Positions 25,501-28,699 of a stretch of 64,000 nt of DNA are shown in pieces. Source of the stretch: Thermoplasmatota archaeon (GTDB taxonomy: Archaea > Thermoplasmatota > JAKEGO01); contig JANQNK010000020.1 of assembly GCA_028279595.1 (NCBI GenBank), forward strand, positions 224,001-288,000, read 5' to 3'. The notes below the pieces were generated by a model. The model did no database searches and was not told where the DNA came from. It saw only the letters and a program-made list of their open reading frames with translations. Both the position numbers and the translations under genes were made by a program. The first letter of the stretch is position 1; each line of letters begins with the position of its first letter.

Positions 25501-27610
25501 CGTACTGCATCCGGACATCGAGATCACGAAGGTGGCCGACAAGACCACTGCCCGCGTGGGAGAGACCGTGACCTTCACGTTCACGGTGACGAACACCGGC
25601 GACTGCACTCTCTACAAGGTATACGTGATCGACGACATCTTCGGAAACCTGACGACCTGGCTCGAGGACACGACCCTTGACGCCGATGAATCCGAATCTT
25701 TCGACTACGAGTGGGAGGTCCCCTATCCGGAGCTCACCGGTTCGGACGACTGCGACTCGTGCGACGATGACGATGATGACACTGACGACTCCGGCTCCAG
25801 CTGCTGGGACAAGTACATGAAATGGTGCAAATGGTGGAAGTACCGCTCCTGCGACGACGATGACGACGATGATGACGACTGCGGTTCATGCGACGATGAC
25901 GACAATGGGTGTGATGACGACTGCACCAGTTGCGACGACGACGATGAATGCGATGACTGCGGTGGAAGCTACGGCGACGATGACGAGTGCGACGACTGCG
26001 GCTCGGCCAAGTGCGACGATGATTGCGGAGACGATTGCGACTGCGATGATTGCACCAACGATTGCGACGACGGCGATTGCGATCCCGACGTGGAACTCGT
26101 GACCAACGGCGGCTTCGAGAGCCCTGTCGGCACCCACAGCTCCGGATGGAACATCTACGACGACGGCACGACCGGCCTTGGCTGGTCCGTCGATTGGTAC
26201 TCGACGACCACATCGTACAACGGCGAGAGCAGGCCGGAGACCGCCCACCTCGAGATCCAGTGGGGCGTCAACGACTGGAACGCCGTCGAGGGTGACCAGT
26301 ACGCCGAGCTCGACACCGACTGGGACGGACCGGGCGGCGGACTCAACAAGGAGCCCGCCTCCGTGACCATCTACCAGGACATCGACACCGTACCTGGTCA
26401 GAAGTACAAGCTGACCTTCTCGACCTCGCCGAGGCCTGGCAAGGACGACGAGCAGAACGTGCTCCACGTCAACTGGGACGCCACCCTTGTCGACACCATC
26501 GAGGAGGACGGATCGTCCAACAGCAGGAACTACTGGACCAACCACTCCTACGTGCTGACCGCGACCGACACCACGATGACCCTGAGGTTCACCGACGGTG
26601 GAACGCCTGACTCGCTCGGGACGTTCCTCGACAATGTGAGCCTGCGGTGCATAGCTGACGACTGCTGCGACCTCGAGTGGCTCTACGATGAGCACAACAA
26701 CATCGTCGACGTCGCCGGCAAGGACAACCTCGGTCAGTGGGTCCAGGACTCCGACACCGAGACCGTGATCGTACTGAACCTGCCATACACCAACCTGACG
26801 AACTCCGAGCTCTGCTACTTCGACACCCTCGACCGCGACGGACAGCAGTTCAACCTGACCTTCGTGGACAAGGACTGCGAGGACGACGACGACGAATACG
26901 ACGACATCTGCTGCTGGAAGTACAAGCTCTGCGGTAAGCACACATCCTGCTGTGAGGGAGGCGACGACGATGATGACGACGACGATACTAGCACGGATAC
27001 CACGTACAAGCTCTCGTCGAGCACCCCGAGTCAGTTCTACTACAACGTGTTCCACATCGGCGAGGAGGGCGACGATTACTCGCTCGACATAACCATCCCG
27101 TATCCGTTCGTGACCCATGGACTGAACCCGATACACGTCTATAGCGGAGTGCGCTTCAGCAGCAGCGGTTGCTACATCCCGTGCGGAGACGAGCTCGAGT
27201 TCGACGAGAGCGGCACCGACACGACAACGAAGTCGGGTGCCCTCGGAATCCTGCTCTCGGACCACTCGGATGGATCTGTGACGATAACGATCGAGGGCAC
27301 CGTGCCCGAGAGCGGTCTTGTCTACATAACCATCTACCTCGACTACGGCCTCGAGGGCAAGAAGGGTTACACGCCGGACGACGACGACAATGCGGAACAC
27401 GACACCTACACCAACTTCGACATCGATCAGTTCACCGAGTACGTGTTCTCCGTGAGTGGAGATATGGAGGACGAGCTGACCATCGAGAACAACAACGTCT
27501 TCGAGGGCGACGGCGACGACGACACCGACGATCTGCCGCTGGACCCGACCATCGTCTTCTTCGCGATGGCCGCGGTGCTGATCATCTTCCGCAAGAAGCG
27601 CAGGTACTGA
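1..27610 (+). CDS. Giant repetitive cell-surface protein/adhesin (>9,200 aa, 5'-truncated by the window): 77 DUF11-like Ig repeats, 2 DUF642-like domains, Cys/Asp-rich segment, C-terminal membrane anchor
   Basis: The ORF track gives 77..27610, but the same frame is open from nt 2 (VLRTGIRILKEGPGTALVGETITYTV), so the real start lies upstream of the window. Repeats follow the pattern I-x-K-T-G-P...G-E-T-I-T-Y-T-I-T-V-x-N-T-G...D-x-L...P-L-x-N-T-V-T-V. The protein ends LPLDPTIVFFAMAAVLIIFRKKRRY. Confidence 0.93.
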   Translation, partial: VLRTGIRILKEGPGTALVGETITYTVTIWNTGEVPLYITKAYDGLLQEDMVTLVSPNPIPVGGSTSFTYTWTVSHDDNDPLINEIRIWSENSNGGDERYVTYWISTDIKYTGVEITKTGPTDAVVGEEIAYTIVVTNTGEVDLTITYLWDSLLGDLSGYITDGEITVGEEFETIIYDYTITTDDTDPLYNEVTVIGENDVGGDEVTDSADHTVDIHYTGVLIEKTGPATAEVWETITYEVTVTNIGDTDLYIDELEDTIIGDLSGYISDQVITVEEGSETFTYTYKVTDEYDPLINEITVEGSNYEGGETVTATDDHSVDLLRTGVEITKTGPSTAIVGETITYTVTIENTGEVDLHVTSLMDTLLGDVSGYLDDLVIAYGETDTITYQHTVTSTFDPLPNGININVENQYESDWISDNDDHSVDILRTGIEVTKTGPQTGEVGETITYTITIDNTGEVDLYITQFDDSLLGDLLDILGYGPSNPLVVEPLIDSFFDITYEIDIEDPDPLPNTVTVTGVNEKDDDQVTGGDDHSVDILRTGIEITKDGPSSAEMGEVIEYTITIKNTGQVDLYIYTLYDSLLNDLTSYITNPIAAGATVTFNYYYTVTHSDDDPLENGIYVSAYNYYGADGVVDYDSHTCDLKYARMSIEKTGPATAEVGEEIMYTITIYNDGEVDLYVSYLWDSYEGDLSGLITGGVITVAEGFETITYTRIVSGAYDPIYNEVEVIADNYYEGDEVTDTDSHSVDVLRTGVEITKTGPATAEVGEEITYTVTIENTGEVDLYIYALYDSLVGSLMSHITNPLAPGEIVTITYTYTVQQGDSDPLENTVTVRSYNWYQSDGRIESATHSVDIKYTDVSITKTGPTDAEPGDTITYTITVYNDGEVDLYIDSLMDSLLGDLILEISDGKITVAEGYETFTYDYLVLSSDPDPLINTITVVGSNSNDDDTVTDTASHEVDLQKVDFTIEKTGPETAEVWEQITYTVRITNTGDTDLYVTYLDDDIIGDLSGSVDPNPIPVGEYAEFTYLYTVTAEWDPLINEITMTGENELGEDEITKSDTHSVDLLRTGVEIYKEGPDIAMVGQEITYTVTVVNTGEVDYYVTYLDDTLIGDVSGYITDDVITLSEGSETFSYTHTVTAQYDPLPNAVNVNGQNQFGSDWVSDSDGHSCDILHPGVEITKTGPEEALVGEEITYTIRVTNTGETDLYITSLYDSILGDISSYVDGGVVTLAEEYDEFDVTYVVPQSTPDPLVNEVTVVGTTIHGGESVTASASHEVDILYTGVRIIKTGPLDAEVGETITYEVTVYNTGEVTLYITSLTDTLVGNLRDEISGYMITVAEGSETFTYTYTVTDTWDPLVNTITVNGENMYDANPVTDSSTVSVDVLRTGVEIYKTGPLEAEIGETITYEITVINTGDVTLYITSLEDTLGGDLTGYLASLELAAGAYDIFTYTYTVLATDPDPLGNTVTIEGWNQYDSDPVSDTDGHSVDILRTGVRIEKTGPTTAEVGQTIMYTIVVTNTGEVDLHLTSLSDTLGGDLLGQISGSVITTGEVSETVYYYHTVGSTPDPLPNTVTVTGWNSHDMDQVSAEDSHSVDVLHAGISIEKSGPETAEVGETITYTVTMTNTGEVDLYIDYLWDLLVGDQLWQITNPLEPGDSVTFTYQYTVQQNDEDNLYNWIYVEAYNQYQSDFVYDYEEVWVDILYTGVTIEKTGPETAEVGETIEYEVTITNTGEVDLYITYLWDSLVGDVSGLITNPIASGTSVTIYYYYTVQQDDPDPLVNEIWLRAWNQYQSDPQGGHDTHSVDILYTAISIEKTGPTDAEIGEEITYTITIYNDGEVDLKITYLYDTLLGNLLSEIPSGVVTYADGSYSFDYTYTVLLSDDDPLPNVITVTATNLYDSDPVGDEDDHSVNLKYTGVEITKTGPAIGEVDETITYTITIENTGEVDLYITDLDDTLLGDLIGEITNPIAPGDTFSFDYDYTIVLGDEDPLPNVVTVIATNEFGGNEVTDLARWFVDIPYTGIEITKTGPSTGEVGETITYTIKVDNTGEVDLYVTSLDDTLLGDLLDEISDGIITTTEDYEEFTYEYTIKDTDANPLPNVITGEGENQYGGDYVIDSAAHQVEILYTGMEVWKEGPYNAEIGETITYTIYIKNTGDVDLEITDIDDTLLGDLTSEVTGAIAPGATFSFDYDYTVLETDPNPIWNTVTVKATNQYDEDPVQDSDYWGVQLLYTGVEIEKSGPLTAEIGETITYTITVTNTGGVDLHLTELDDTVLGDLLYKISDAKITVAEGSETFTYDYTIPDPTSEPLDNTITVTATNQYGGDEVTDTASHSVDLMYTGVEIEKSGPTTAEVGETITYQIVVRNTGEVDLHISSLTDDILGNLIGYLASTTIAAGDYDYFDVDHVVEATPDHLINTVTVVGDNQYDADEVTDDASHECDVLRTGVTIEKTGPATAEIGEVIKYTITVTNTGEVDLYVTIDDTLLGDITAGITGGVVTTLEGSESFDYYYVVQWDDPDFLENEVTVTGKNVEGEDKVTDTDDHEVDLLYTGVTIEKTGPTTAEIGETITYYVTITNTGEVPLYIDYLDDSLVGDVSGLVSQPIAVGTSQTISYEYTVLENDPDWLENTIRLRVFNRNQMDAKVVSDSHSVDLLYTGVEITKTGPDYAEVGQTITYTITIKNTGEVDLYVYWLYDSLLGSLLGEITNPIAPGATVSFDYDYTVLWTDPTSLYNSITLYAYNYYEANVRMDSDDHTVTLLYADVEITKTGPTDAEIGETITYTIRVTNTGNVDLTITTLYDTLLGDLSGEITDGVITTTEGYEEFTYDYTVKQTDTDPLPNEIEVVATNQYGTDTVSDEASHSVNLKYTGMEVTKTGPATAEIMEYITWTISIENTGEVDLYITSLDDTMFGDILDTLGYDELNPLVIAPGDTWTVTISKNIFSSTDDPIENTVTVTATNQYDSDPQEGADSHEVDVLWASIKIDKSAVGTAQIGQTITYTIVITNDGEVDLDITYLWDTLLGDLSTYLSTGSIAAGTSETITVTYLVTDEYDPIENTVTVKAWNQFEADQVEASDDHSCDLLRTGMTMEKTGPATVEIGETVYWDYLVTNTGEVPIYLTHVDEVLIEDWYWPTPFYIGVGGSQSFYWGSGYTVTTADDDPLVNSATFYADNYYGEDEVQSTDDHESDILRTGIEVTKTGPEEAEVGETITYTITVKNTGEVNLYVTLIDSYYGDLTSYLTNPLAPGETQTFDYDHTILSTDDDPLVNTITASGVNQYQADPVSDEASHTVEILGTGVEITKTGPTTAEVWEEIVYTYTVTNTGEVDLYISSIDDSLHGELKNYISGGVITLLEGSETFTITHQVTQTPDPLVDEVTVYGENSNGGSQVQYYDDHTVDILYTGVEITKTGPAEAEVGEEITYTVTIKNTGEVDLYVTSLMDTLLGDVSGYLDDLVIPVGVTDTIQYTHTVTSVYDPLPNGININVENQYESDWKSDNDDHSVDILRTYLTVEKTGPADAEIGETITYTVTLTNDGEVELTITGMEDDLVDDVFDLLTDTTLDVGESVSISYTHTVAYLGPDPLLNTVTVTAENQYGEDEVEESDDHSVDILRTGVDILKEGPDFAMIGEVITYTITVYNTGEVDLYITKLEDSNVGDLSGEISGGVITVEEGFEVITYEWTVTLDDANPLKNQVVVIGVNQYGNDPVADSYCHGLWLLYTGVEIEKDGPEEAEVGEEITYTVTIENTGDVDLYITYLYDSLVGSLLGEITNPLEEGDSVTITYTYIVTEDYDPLVNTITVRGVNFYEADEQEETATHSVDVLRTDIDIWKQSPADAKIGDKIIYTITVWNLGEVDLYITELEDSLLGDLSIYITGGVVSVAEGKEVITYEYTVTDEYEPLINTIEVTAWNQYDSDEVSDAARSEVEILRTDVEIVKTGPETAELGETIEYEVTITNTGDVDLYITYLYDSLVGDLLDEITNPLEPGDSVTFTYEYTVKTTDQTPLENTIEVRGWNCHELDPTSDEDSHSVDLLRTGVRITKDGPDDAEIGETIIYTIVVYNTGNVDLHITYLWDSLLGDLSGEISGGVITVAEGSETITYEYTVTDEDPDELDNTVTVRGTNEFGEDEVEDDASHTVDLLYTSMEIWKEGPETAEIGETIYYKVYIQNIGEVDLYVTLIDDDPWGDLLAAIGQSPTDPWIVPVGQTSWITYTHIVTTSDPDPLINTVTVEAENQYGADPQDGEDSHSTDILRTGMEVTKTGPDNAEIMEYITYTITIENTGQVDLYITELDDSMFGDLLDSWGYDELNPLIIEPGDTWTVYISFNVFTSHSDPILNTVTVTGTNQYGADPQEDSDSHETDILRASIDIDKSAVETAQIGQTITYTIVITNDGEVDLDITYLWDTLLGDLSSYLSTGSIAAGTSETIYVTYLVTDEYDPIENTVTVRAWNQYDADQVEASDDHSCDLLRTGMTMEKTGPATVEIGETVYWNYHVTNTGEVPIYLTHVDEVLIEDWYWPTPYYIGVGGSQTFYWIGGYTVTTADDDPLVNSATFYADNYYGEDEVQSTDSHSSDVLRSDITIEKTGPATAEVGEEITYEVTITNDGEVDLEITYLYDSLVGSLLGELTTGWISAGSSETITYTYTVLSTDDTPLENTITVTGQNQYGEDEVSAEDDHSVALLKTGVRIEKYGPTTAELGQTITYTIRVTNTGNVDLTITDLDDTLLGDLYSEISGGVITTTEGFEQFTYDYTVTSADTDPLGNTITVDATNQFGGDPVSASDSHSVDILYADLSIEKSALTTAQVGQTLTYTFVITNDGEVDLDVTYFFDSLLGNLIGYLDTGTIAAGTSETITVDHLVTDVYDPIYNYVTITAWNQYDSDAQSDSDSHTCDLLRTGIDVAKTGPATAEVGEQYYYTYTVYNTGEVTLYFDTIQDTLKGDFTWTTPFAVPVGGNQVILWTYTATDEFDPIENTATFTGWNEYDEDEVTDSDDHEVDLLRTNIEITKTGPSSAVVGETIEYEITIENTGEVSLDITYLDDTLLGDLLGELTSTTIASGATVTIYVDYLVTDEYDPIENTVTVKAWNQYDSDPVEDSDDHSCNLLRTGVSITKAGGPDEASVGEDITYTITVTNTGEVDLHITYLWDSLLGDLSGYITGDVITVGEGYETITYDYTVQSGDPDPLINEVTVIGENSEGGDEVTDSAEHSVDLLLIGVIIEKTGPATAEVWEWITYTITVYNTGDVDLYIDELDDDIIGDLSGKISDGVITVAEGSETFSYLYKTTDVYDPILNTVTVVGTNEYDDDEVTESDSHSVDLLRTGIEIEKTGPETAMVGEEITYTITIRNTGEVDYYVTNLVDAIYGNMISEVDSPIVVGDTVSFTYDHTVTDAYDPLPNAININGQNQFGSDWISDSDGHSVDIYRTGVSITKTGPTEAQVGDTITYTIKVTNEGEVDLYIYELEDTILGDLSGEISGGVITTTEGYEEFTYDHVVSVDDDDPLLNEITVKGWNIHDGDIVTDSAEHSVNIVYVKGTLYVEKTGPATAYHGDEVTYTIYVTYDSSDDSPAQNVEVVDDLYGTATYVSGDTDGDGYLDTDETWEYEVTGTIPDHSEPETDPIVNTATATGENLDGDDVTPGEGSHSTDILHTEGEFTIVKDGPATAYHGDSVTYTFTVTYSSDDGSPADGGYVWDDHYGYATYVSGDTDSDTDMDVDETWIFEVTGTIHSTYYDGEENPIHNTVEVDGYDLDGDWCGPAYDDHYTTILHEEGTLYVDKQGPTVAYFGDSMTFNFYVTYESDDDSPADNIVVWDDHYGAPTYVSGDTNGDGYLDTDETWLYTRTVYLTSYYYDSHEDPIINTVEVTGTDLDGDTVTPGEDSHQTDILHREGEFTIVKDGPATAYHGDSVTYTFEVTYSSSDHSPAQYVQVYDDHYGYATYVSGDTDGDGKLDYSETWTYKVTGTIGAHYDGEEDPIVNEVMVWGYDLDDDFVGYAYDDHSTDILHTAGTLYVEKTGPATAYHGQTVTYWFYVTYESDDNSPADDVTVDDNKYGTATYYGGDTDGDGLLDTDETWVFYVIVTIGDHEDDEEDPIVNTGKATGIDLDGDAVTPGEDTHETDILHYEGEFCIFKTGPATAYHGDDVTYTITVKYKSDDDSPAQYVEVVDSIYGDADYVSGDTDFDDLLDVDETWTFTVSGTIPDYSEPETDPIINTAKVTGKDLDDDVIEPAEDTHSTDILHREGRLTVEKDGPETAYHGDEVTYTFEVTYSSTDGSPADDVEVTDDVYGDATYVSGDTDGDGLLDVDETWVFEVTGYISSTHSDDEENPIVNTGTATGIDLDGDAVTPGKDSHETEILHREGELTIVKDGPTSAYHGDYVTFTFEVTYSSADDSPADDVKVYDDIFGYADYVSGDTDDDGLLDVDETWEFEVSGYIGLHDDDEDDPMVNTAEATGIDLDGQDVTPGEDSHETDLLHRAGTLYVDKTGPATAYHGDDVTYLIYVTYDSSDDSPATEVEVTDDVYGTATYVSGDTDDDDRLDEGETWVFKVTGTIPDYSEPETDPIVNTATATGEDLDGDDVTPGDDTHRTDILHTEGTLYVEKTGPAQVYHGDTVAYWFYVTYSSTDGSPADDVAVDDDKYGSATYYGGDTDGDGLLDTDETWLFYITVTIGDYEDDEEDPIINIGMATGVDLDGDAVEPGYGRHSTDILHREGTLYVEKCGPATAYHGDDVRYTIKVTYESDDNSPADNVEVIDSIYGDATYVSGDTDSDGLLDVDETWTYYVDGTIGAHDDDEDDPIINTAKATGTDLDEDPVTPGTDDHSTDILHTEGTLYVEKTGPAEAYHGQTVTYWFYVTYSSDDGSPADDVAVDDDKYGPATYYYGDTDGDGLLDPGETWVFYIIVTIGPYSDTAEDPITNTGKATGVDLDGDEVEPGYGRHTTDILHWDGILSVEKYGTEEAYHGDTVTYYFDVTYESDDDSPAQSISVVDDLYGSATYVSGDTDSDSRLDVGETWKYTVSGTIGAHDDDEEDPLVNTVTVTGEDLDGDTVTPGEDSHETDILHREGELSVRKDGPASVYHGTTATYTIYVTYSSDDNSPAQNVAVVDDLYGTATYVSGDTDTDDLLDVTETWRYTVSGTIGAHDDDEDNPIRNTATATGEDLDGDEVTPGEGFHDTTILHREGTLYVEKSGPATAYHGDEVTYTFEVTYESADDSPAVDITVLDDEFGYADYVSGDTDGDDRLDVTETWTYEITTTIGIYVDGEEDPLVNRVEVNGYDLDGDEVTPGEDEHETDLLYYVGKFCIDKDGPDEAYHGDTVTYTITVKYKSDDDSPAKNVEVVDDIYGTATYISGDTDGDGLLDVTETWKFEVEGEIGDYEEPEDDPIVNTATVTGQDLDDDDIPSSSDSHSTDILHRAGVLTVVKSGPATAYHGDDVTYYFEVTYSSDDDSPAQNVQVTDDLYGSASYVSGDTDGDNLLDVDETWVFKVEGTIGDYVDGADDPIVNTGTATGDDLDGDTVTPGSDDHETDILHREGKLTIVKDGPDTAYHGDDVTYTFEVTYTSDDDSPAKDVTVVDDTFGTASYVSGDTDSDGLLDTDETWTFEVEGTIDDHEDDEEDPLVNEATASGQDLDGDDVTPDTDDHSTDILHREGRLTVEKSGPATAYHGDSVTYTFEVTYYSTDGSPADNVLVIDDTYGSATYDSGDTDGDDLLDVGETWIFKVTGTIGAHVDGEEDPIVNTVTVTGEDLDGDAATSDTDTHSTDILHREGELTVVKSGPEEAYHGDDVEYTIEVTYSSDDDSPADNVEVTDDVYGDGTYVSGDTDGDGLLDVDETWKFTVSGTIPDHEDDDDEEIVNTATATGEDLDGDTVTPGSDEHTTEILHTAGELTVTKTGPSSAYHGDDVEYTIKVSYFSSDGSPAQNVFVEDDKYGVATYVSGDTDGDGYLDTDEIWTYTVSGTIGDYEDDEEDPIINTVEATGYDLDGDEVDPGTATHSTDILHYAGELTVVKSGPAEAHDGDQVTYTIEVTYSSDDNSPAQSILVVDDIYGSASYVSGDTDGDYLLDTDETWTYSITEYIDEAEDDPIVNTATATGYDLDGDSVTPGEGEHSTDILHPDITVTKSGPEEAHEGDTVTYTISVENTGDCTLYDVTVTDDVLGDLTSYLTDTTLDVGETDTFTVTYTVPTSSWTTDELITNGGFETPVGTDSAGWDIFPDGTTGLGWSVDWYSTDTTYGGGTRPETANLELQWGVTGWDPAEGDQYAELDADWDGPDGSLSGEPASVSIYQDVDTDDGETYRLTFAFSPRPGQDETQNVLLIHWGDTLVDTIELDGSSNSDCEWYYYSYDLVASDDTMEIRFSDGGDSDSLGTFLDDVSLRTMDYLTNTVTVTGEDNLDEEVTDSDSHDLDVLHPEIDVVKVGPSEAHEGDTITYTFTVSNLGDCPLYDVTVEDDILGDLIGYMTDDTLSEGESETFDVEYTIPDGTQSVVNTVDVEGTDNLGETVSDSATHDIPIPLIVLHPDIEITKVADKTTARVGETVTFTFTVTNTGDCTLYKVYVIDDIFGNLTTWLEDTTLDADESESFDYEWEVPYPELTGSDDCDSCDDDDDDTDDSGSSCWDKYMKWCKWWKYRSCDDDDDDDDDCGSCDDDDNGCDDDCTSCDDDDECDDCGGSYGDDDECDDCGSAKCDDDCGDDCDCDDCTNDCDDGDCDPDVELVTNGGFESPVGTHSSGWNIYDDGTTGLGWSVDWYSTTTSYNGESRPETAHLEIQWGVNDWNAVEGDQYAELDTDWDGPGGGLNKEPASVTIYQDIDTVPGQKYKLTFSTSPRPGKDDEQNVLHVNWDATLVDTIEEDGSSNSRNYWTNHSYVLTATDTTMTLRFTDGGTPDSLGTFLDNVSLRCIADDCCDLEWLYDEHNNIVDVAGKDNLGQWVQDSDTETVIVLNLPYTNLTNSELCYFDTLDRDGQQFNLTFVDKDCEDDDDEYDDICCWKYKLCGKHTSCCEGGDDDDDDDDTSTDTTYKLSSSTPSQFYYNVFHIGEEGDDYSLDITIPYPFVTHGLNPIHVYSGVRFSSSGCYIPCGDELEFDESGTDTTTKSGALGILLSDHSDGSVTITIEGTVPESGLVYITIYLDYGLEGKKGYTPDDDDNAEHDTYTNFDIDQFTEYVFSVSGDMEDELTIENNNVFEGDGDDDTDDLPLDPTIVFFAMAAVLIIFRKKRRY
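16581..24300 (+). repeat. 22 type-B intragenic repeats of about 117 aa (mostly a 351-nt period), each with a DxDxDGxLDxxE-type loop
   Basis: The unit EGxLxVxKxGPxxAYHGDxVTY...YVSGDTDGDGLLDVDETW...DPIVNT...HxTDILH recurs with starts at e.g. 19400, 19751, 20102, 20453 and 20804. Confidence 0.88.
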
Positions 27611-27621
27611 GCAACAAGCAA

Positions 27622-27670
27622 TGGAGGGGGGCGACCCCCTCCACCCCCCTCTTTTTTTTACTTTTTCTCT
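27622..27670 (+). terminator. GC-rich hairpin followed by T-tracts downstream of the giant gene
   Basis: TGGAGGGGG-GCGA-CCCCCTCCA (9-bp stem, GNRA loop) then CTTTTTTTTACTTTTTCT, between convergent genes. Confidence 0.7.
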
Positions 27671-27738
27671 TCAGCTTGAGCTGGGCCTCTTTCGTCTTAC
27701 CCTGGACTACAATAACCTTCAATATCGATCTCTCGTCA

Positions 27739-28644
27739 TCATAGGAAAAGGAACAGTGGGAAGTAGAGTATCAGAAGAATTATCCCCATCCACCGGGCCA
27801 TCTTGATCCTCGTCATTCCCATGAGGAGCACGGAGACCCCGATGACGATGGCGCCCTGGTACATCATGAAGCTGTTCGAGACCGCTATCGGACCGATCGC
27901 TCCCGCCACACCGAGGACGAGCAGGGTGTTGATGATGTTGCTGCCGATGATGTTTCCCACAGCGATCCCCTTGCTCCCCTTGAGCGTAGCAGCGATCGAT
28001 GCCGCGATCTCCGGCAACGAGGTCCCGATCGCTACGATCGTCAATCCGATGAGGAGCTTCGATACCCCGAATTCGGTCGCGATGCTCACGGCGCCCTCGA
28101 CCAGCAACCAGGAACCTCCGACAAGCGCTGCCGAGCCGGCCACCACCAGGACGAAGGCCACCACGAGGGAGTGCTTCGTCTCCTGACAGCCGCAGTCCCT
28201 GTGGCTGCGGTACAGATGAAAGAAATAACCACCGTAGAGGGCGAGAAATATGACGGCGTCGTACGTCGCGAACTCACCGTCCAGGGCCAATCCGAAGAAA
28301 AGGGCGATAGAACCGACCATAACGAACGAGTCCCGTTTCGCTTCCCTCTCCGGTACGAGCGATCTGATGAGCAACACTCCTCCGAGTGCAAGGCATATGT
28401 TCGCCATGTTCGAGCCCACGACATTCCCGAGAACCAGCTGCTGATGCCCTCCGAACGAGGCGATTATCGATGTAACGAGCTCCGGGGCCGACGTCGCGAA
28501 GGCGACCAACGTGAGTCCGATGAGATGTTCGCTCACGCCGAGGCGCTTCGCCACGGACACCGCTCCGTCAATGAAGACATCGCTGCCCTTGACTATCAGG
28601 GCCAGCCCGGCGATGACGATCGGAACGGCGTAGACCGGGTCCAT
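27739..28644 (-). CDS. Calcium/sodium (cation:Ca2+) antiporter, CaCA family
   Basis: Two alpha-repeats (ATSAPEL...GNVVGSN and GTSLPEI...GNIIGSN) and about 10 TM segments. Confidence 0.93.
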   Translation of the reverse strand: MDPVYAVPIVIAGLALIVKGSDVFIDGAVSVAKRLGVSEHLIGLTLVAFATSAPELVTSIIASFGGHQQLVLGNVVGSNMANICLALGGVLLIRSLVPEREAKRDSFVMVGSIALFFGLALDGEFATYDAVIFLALYGGYFFHLYRSHRDCGCQETKHSLVVAFVLVVAGSAALVGGSWLLVEGAVSIATEFGVSKLLIGLTIVAIGTSLPEIAASIAATLKGSKGIAVGNIIGSNIINTLLVLGVAGAIGPIAVSNSFMMYQGAIVIGVSVLLMGMTRIKMARWMGIILLILYFPLFLFL

Positions 28645-28699
28645 CGGGTCGAGATGGAGTGGTGACTATTTAATGGGTTGTCATGTGCGGATCGAAATA

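Noticed and set aside
164-27400. Many long minus-strand ORFs (e.g. 12737..15286, 15740..18040, 25886..27400)
   Set aside because: They are antisense shadows of the GAC/ACC/GTC-rich codons of the giant gene, with V/G/R/L-rich translations and no recognisable motifs.
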